From the NCBI GenBank assembly GCA_036379595.1, contig DASVGI010000084.1:2203-66202 (forward strand): DNA of 64,000 nucleotides, written 5' to 3'. The notes below the pieces were generated by a model. It made no database searches, was not told the DNA's origin, and worked only from the letters and a program-made list of their open reading frames with translations. The translations under genes were made by a program, and so were the position numbers. Shown here piece by piece: positions 63,325 to 64,000 of this stretch. Source of the stretch: Casimicrobiaceae bacterium (GTDB lineage: Bacteria > Pseudomonadota > Gammaproteobacteria > Burkholderiales > Casimicrobiaceae). Every line of letters starts with the position of its first letter. The first letter of the stretch is position 1.

Positions 63325-63353
63325 CGAAAACCGGGACGTACCACGGTTTTCGC
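63324..63353. repeat. REP-like hairpin sharing a 20-nt core with the 10.6-kb inverted repeat
   Basis: GCGAAAACCG-GGACGTACCA-CGGTTTTCGC is a 10-bp perfect stem that exactly fills the gap between two convergent stop codons. The core GAAAACCGGGACGTACCACG (63326..63345) is identical to 10639..10658. Confidence 0.7.
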
Positions 63354-64000
63354 TACTGCGTCGCGCCCGCCTGTCGCAGAAGCTCCGCGATCTCGGTCTC
63401 GTTGCCGCGCATCGCCCACGACAATGCGCTCGCGCCGCTCTGGTTGCGGTGCCTGACGTCGGCGCCGCGCTCGATCAGGAGGCGCGCGGTCGCCGGGTGA
63501 TGCTCGTGGATCGCCATCATCAGCGCCGTCGTGCCATTGGGTGACTCGGCGTCGAGGTTGGCGCCGTGATCGATCAGGAAATCGACGACGTCGTCATGGC
63601 CGCCGGTGGCGGCGTAGATGAGCGGCGTCCATCCGTCGGGATTCATCTGCGCACCGCGGCCCTGCAGCGCACGCACGGTCGCGAGGCTCCCGTGCAGCGC
63701 CGCGAGCATCAGCGGAGTGTCGCCCGAACGATTGGCGAGATTCGGCTTCGCGTGCGCGTCGAGGAGCGCGAGCGTCGTCGCCGCGTACCCGTTGCGCGCG
63801 GCGATGCACAGCATCGTGTCGCCGTCCTGATCGACCGAGTCGGGGTCCATGCCGCGGGCGAGCAGCGCCTTCACTTCGTCGACGCGGTCGTTGGACACCG
63901 CCGCAGTCAGATCGACGAGAAGATCGGCCGACGCTGTCGGGCCGATCGCGATGCACAGGATCGCGAGGCCGCAGGCGAGCAACCTGCGGCGCGCGTCAGT
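63353..64000 (-). CDS. secreted ankyrin-repeat protein (5' end probably just beyond the window)
   Basis: ORF 63353..63982 (TTG), and the frame stays open to position 64000. It has a signal-like segment (LLACGLAILCIAIGPTASA) and then about five ankyrin repeats (GDTMLCIAARNGY, GDTPLMLAALHGS, GWTPLIYAATGGH, GTTALMMAIHEHH, GASALSWAMRGN). Confidence 0.8.
   Translation of the reverse strand, partial: TDARRRLLACGLAILCIAIGPTASADLLVDLTAAVSNDRVDEVKALLARGMDPDSVDQDGDTMLCIAARNGYAATTLALLDAHAKPNLANRSGDTPLMLAALHGSLATVRALQGRGAQMNPDGWTPLIYAATGGHDDVVDFLIDHGANLDAESPNGTTALMMAIHEHHPATARLLIERGADVRHRNQSGASALSWAMRGNETEIAELLRQAGATQ

Overview
High-GC (roughly 70%) proteobacterial chromosome segment. The gene order looks most like a Burkholderiales-type betaproteobacterium, but that is an inference from synteny only. 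About two thirds of the window is core housekeeping. One block, all on the minus strand, is rpsB-tsf-pyrH-frr-uppS-cdsA-dxr-rseP-bamA-skp-lpxD-fabZ-lpxA-lpxB-rnhB (10.7-25 kb). guaB-guaA lies at 41.4-44.5 kb. A second block is tig-clpP-clpX-lon-hupB-tRNA-Val-tRNA-Asp-ppiD (51.4-60.2 kb), followed by tRNA-Leu, smpB, ratA-rnfH and an NlpC/P60 gene. The accessory parts are: (i) an Rrf2/NsrR-type regulator heading a B-family (ba3-like) heme-copper oxidase operon with SCO1 (0.4-4.2 kb); (ii) a seven-gene minus-strand operon with an ABC importer, a PLP dehydratase, a VOC protein, a 2-hydroxyacid dehydrogenase and an MFS transporter (4.3-10.6 kb); (iii) a branched-chain 2-oxoacid dehydrogenase operon without an E3 gene (29-33 kb), directly followed by GFA-nitrilase and facing a formamidase/TehA-like channel pair (33-37 kb); (iv) DUF3422, a secreted hypothetical protein, folE and a patatin (37-41.4 kb); (v) a methyltransferase, DUF1127, DUF2917-MAPEG, an OmpR-type regulator, a soluble GAF-PAS hybrid kinase and an AurF-like di-iron protein (45-51.3 kb). 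I found no transposase, integrase, prophage, CRISPR array or recognisable defence system, and I cannot point to a clearly novel multi-gene system. Three non-genic signals are the most interesting. First, a conserved leader/operator element occurs three times, always sense-oriented in front of the genes that surround the two-component cassette. Second, a 35-codon Met/Ile/Thr/Val-rich, AT-shifted tandem-repeat micro-ORF exactly bridges the E1beta stop and the E2 start of the bkd operon. Third, a REP-like palindromic repeat family has one copy as a 37-bp perfect inverted pair that supplies the last codons of rnhB. Start coordinates were derived from the ORF track plus manual RBS and overlap inspection and may be off by a few codons.
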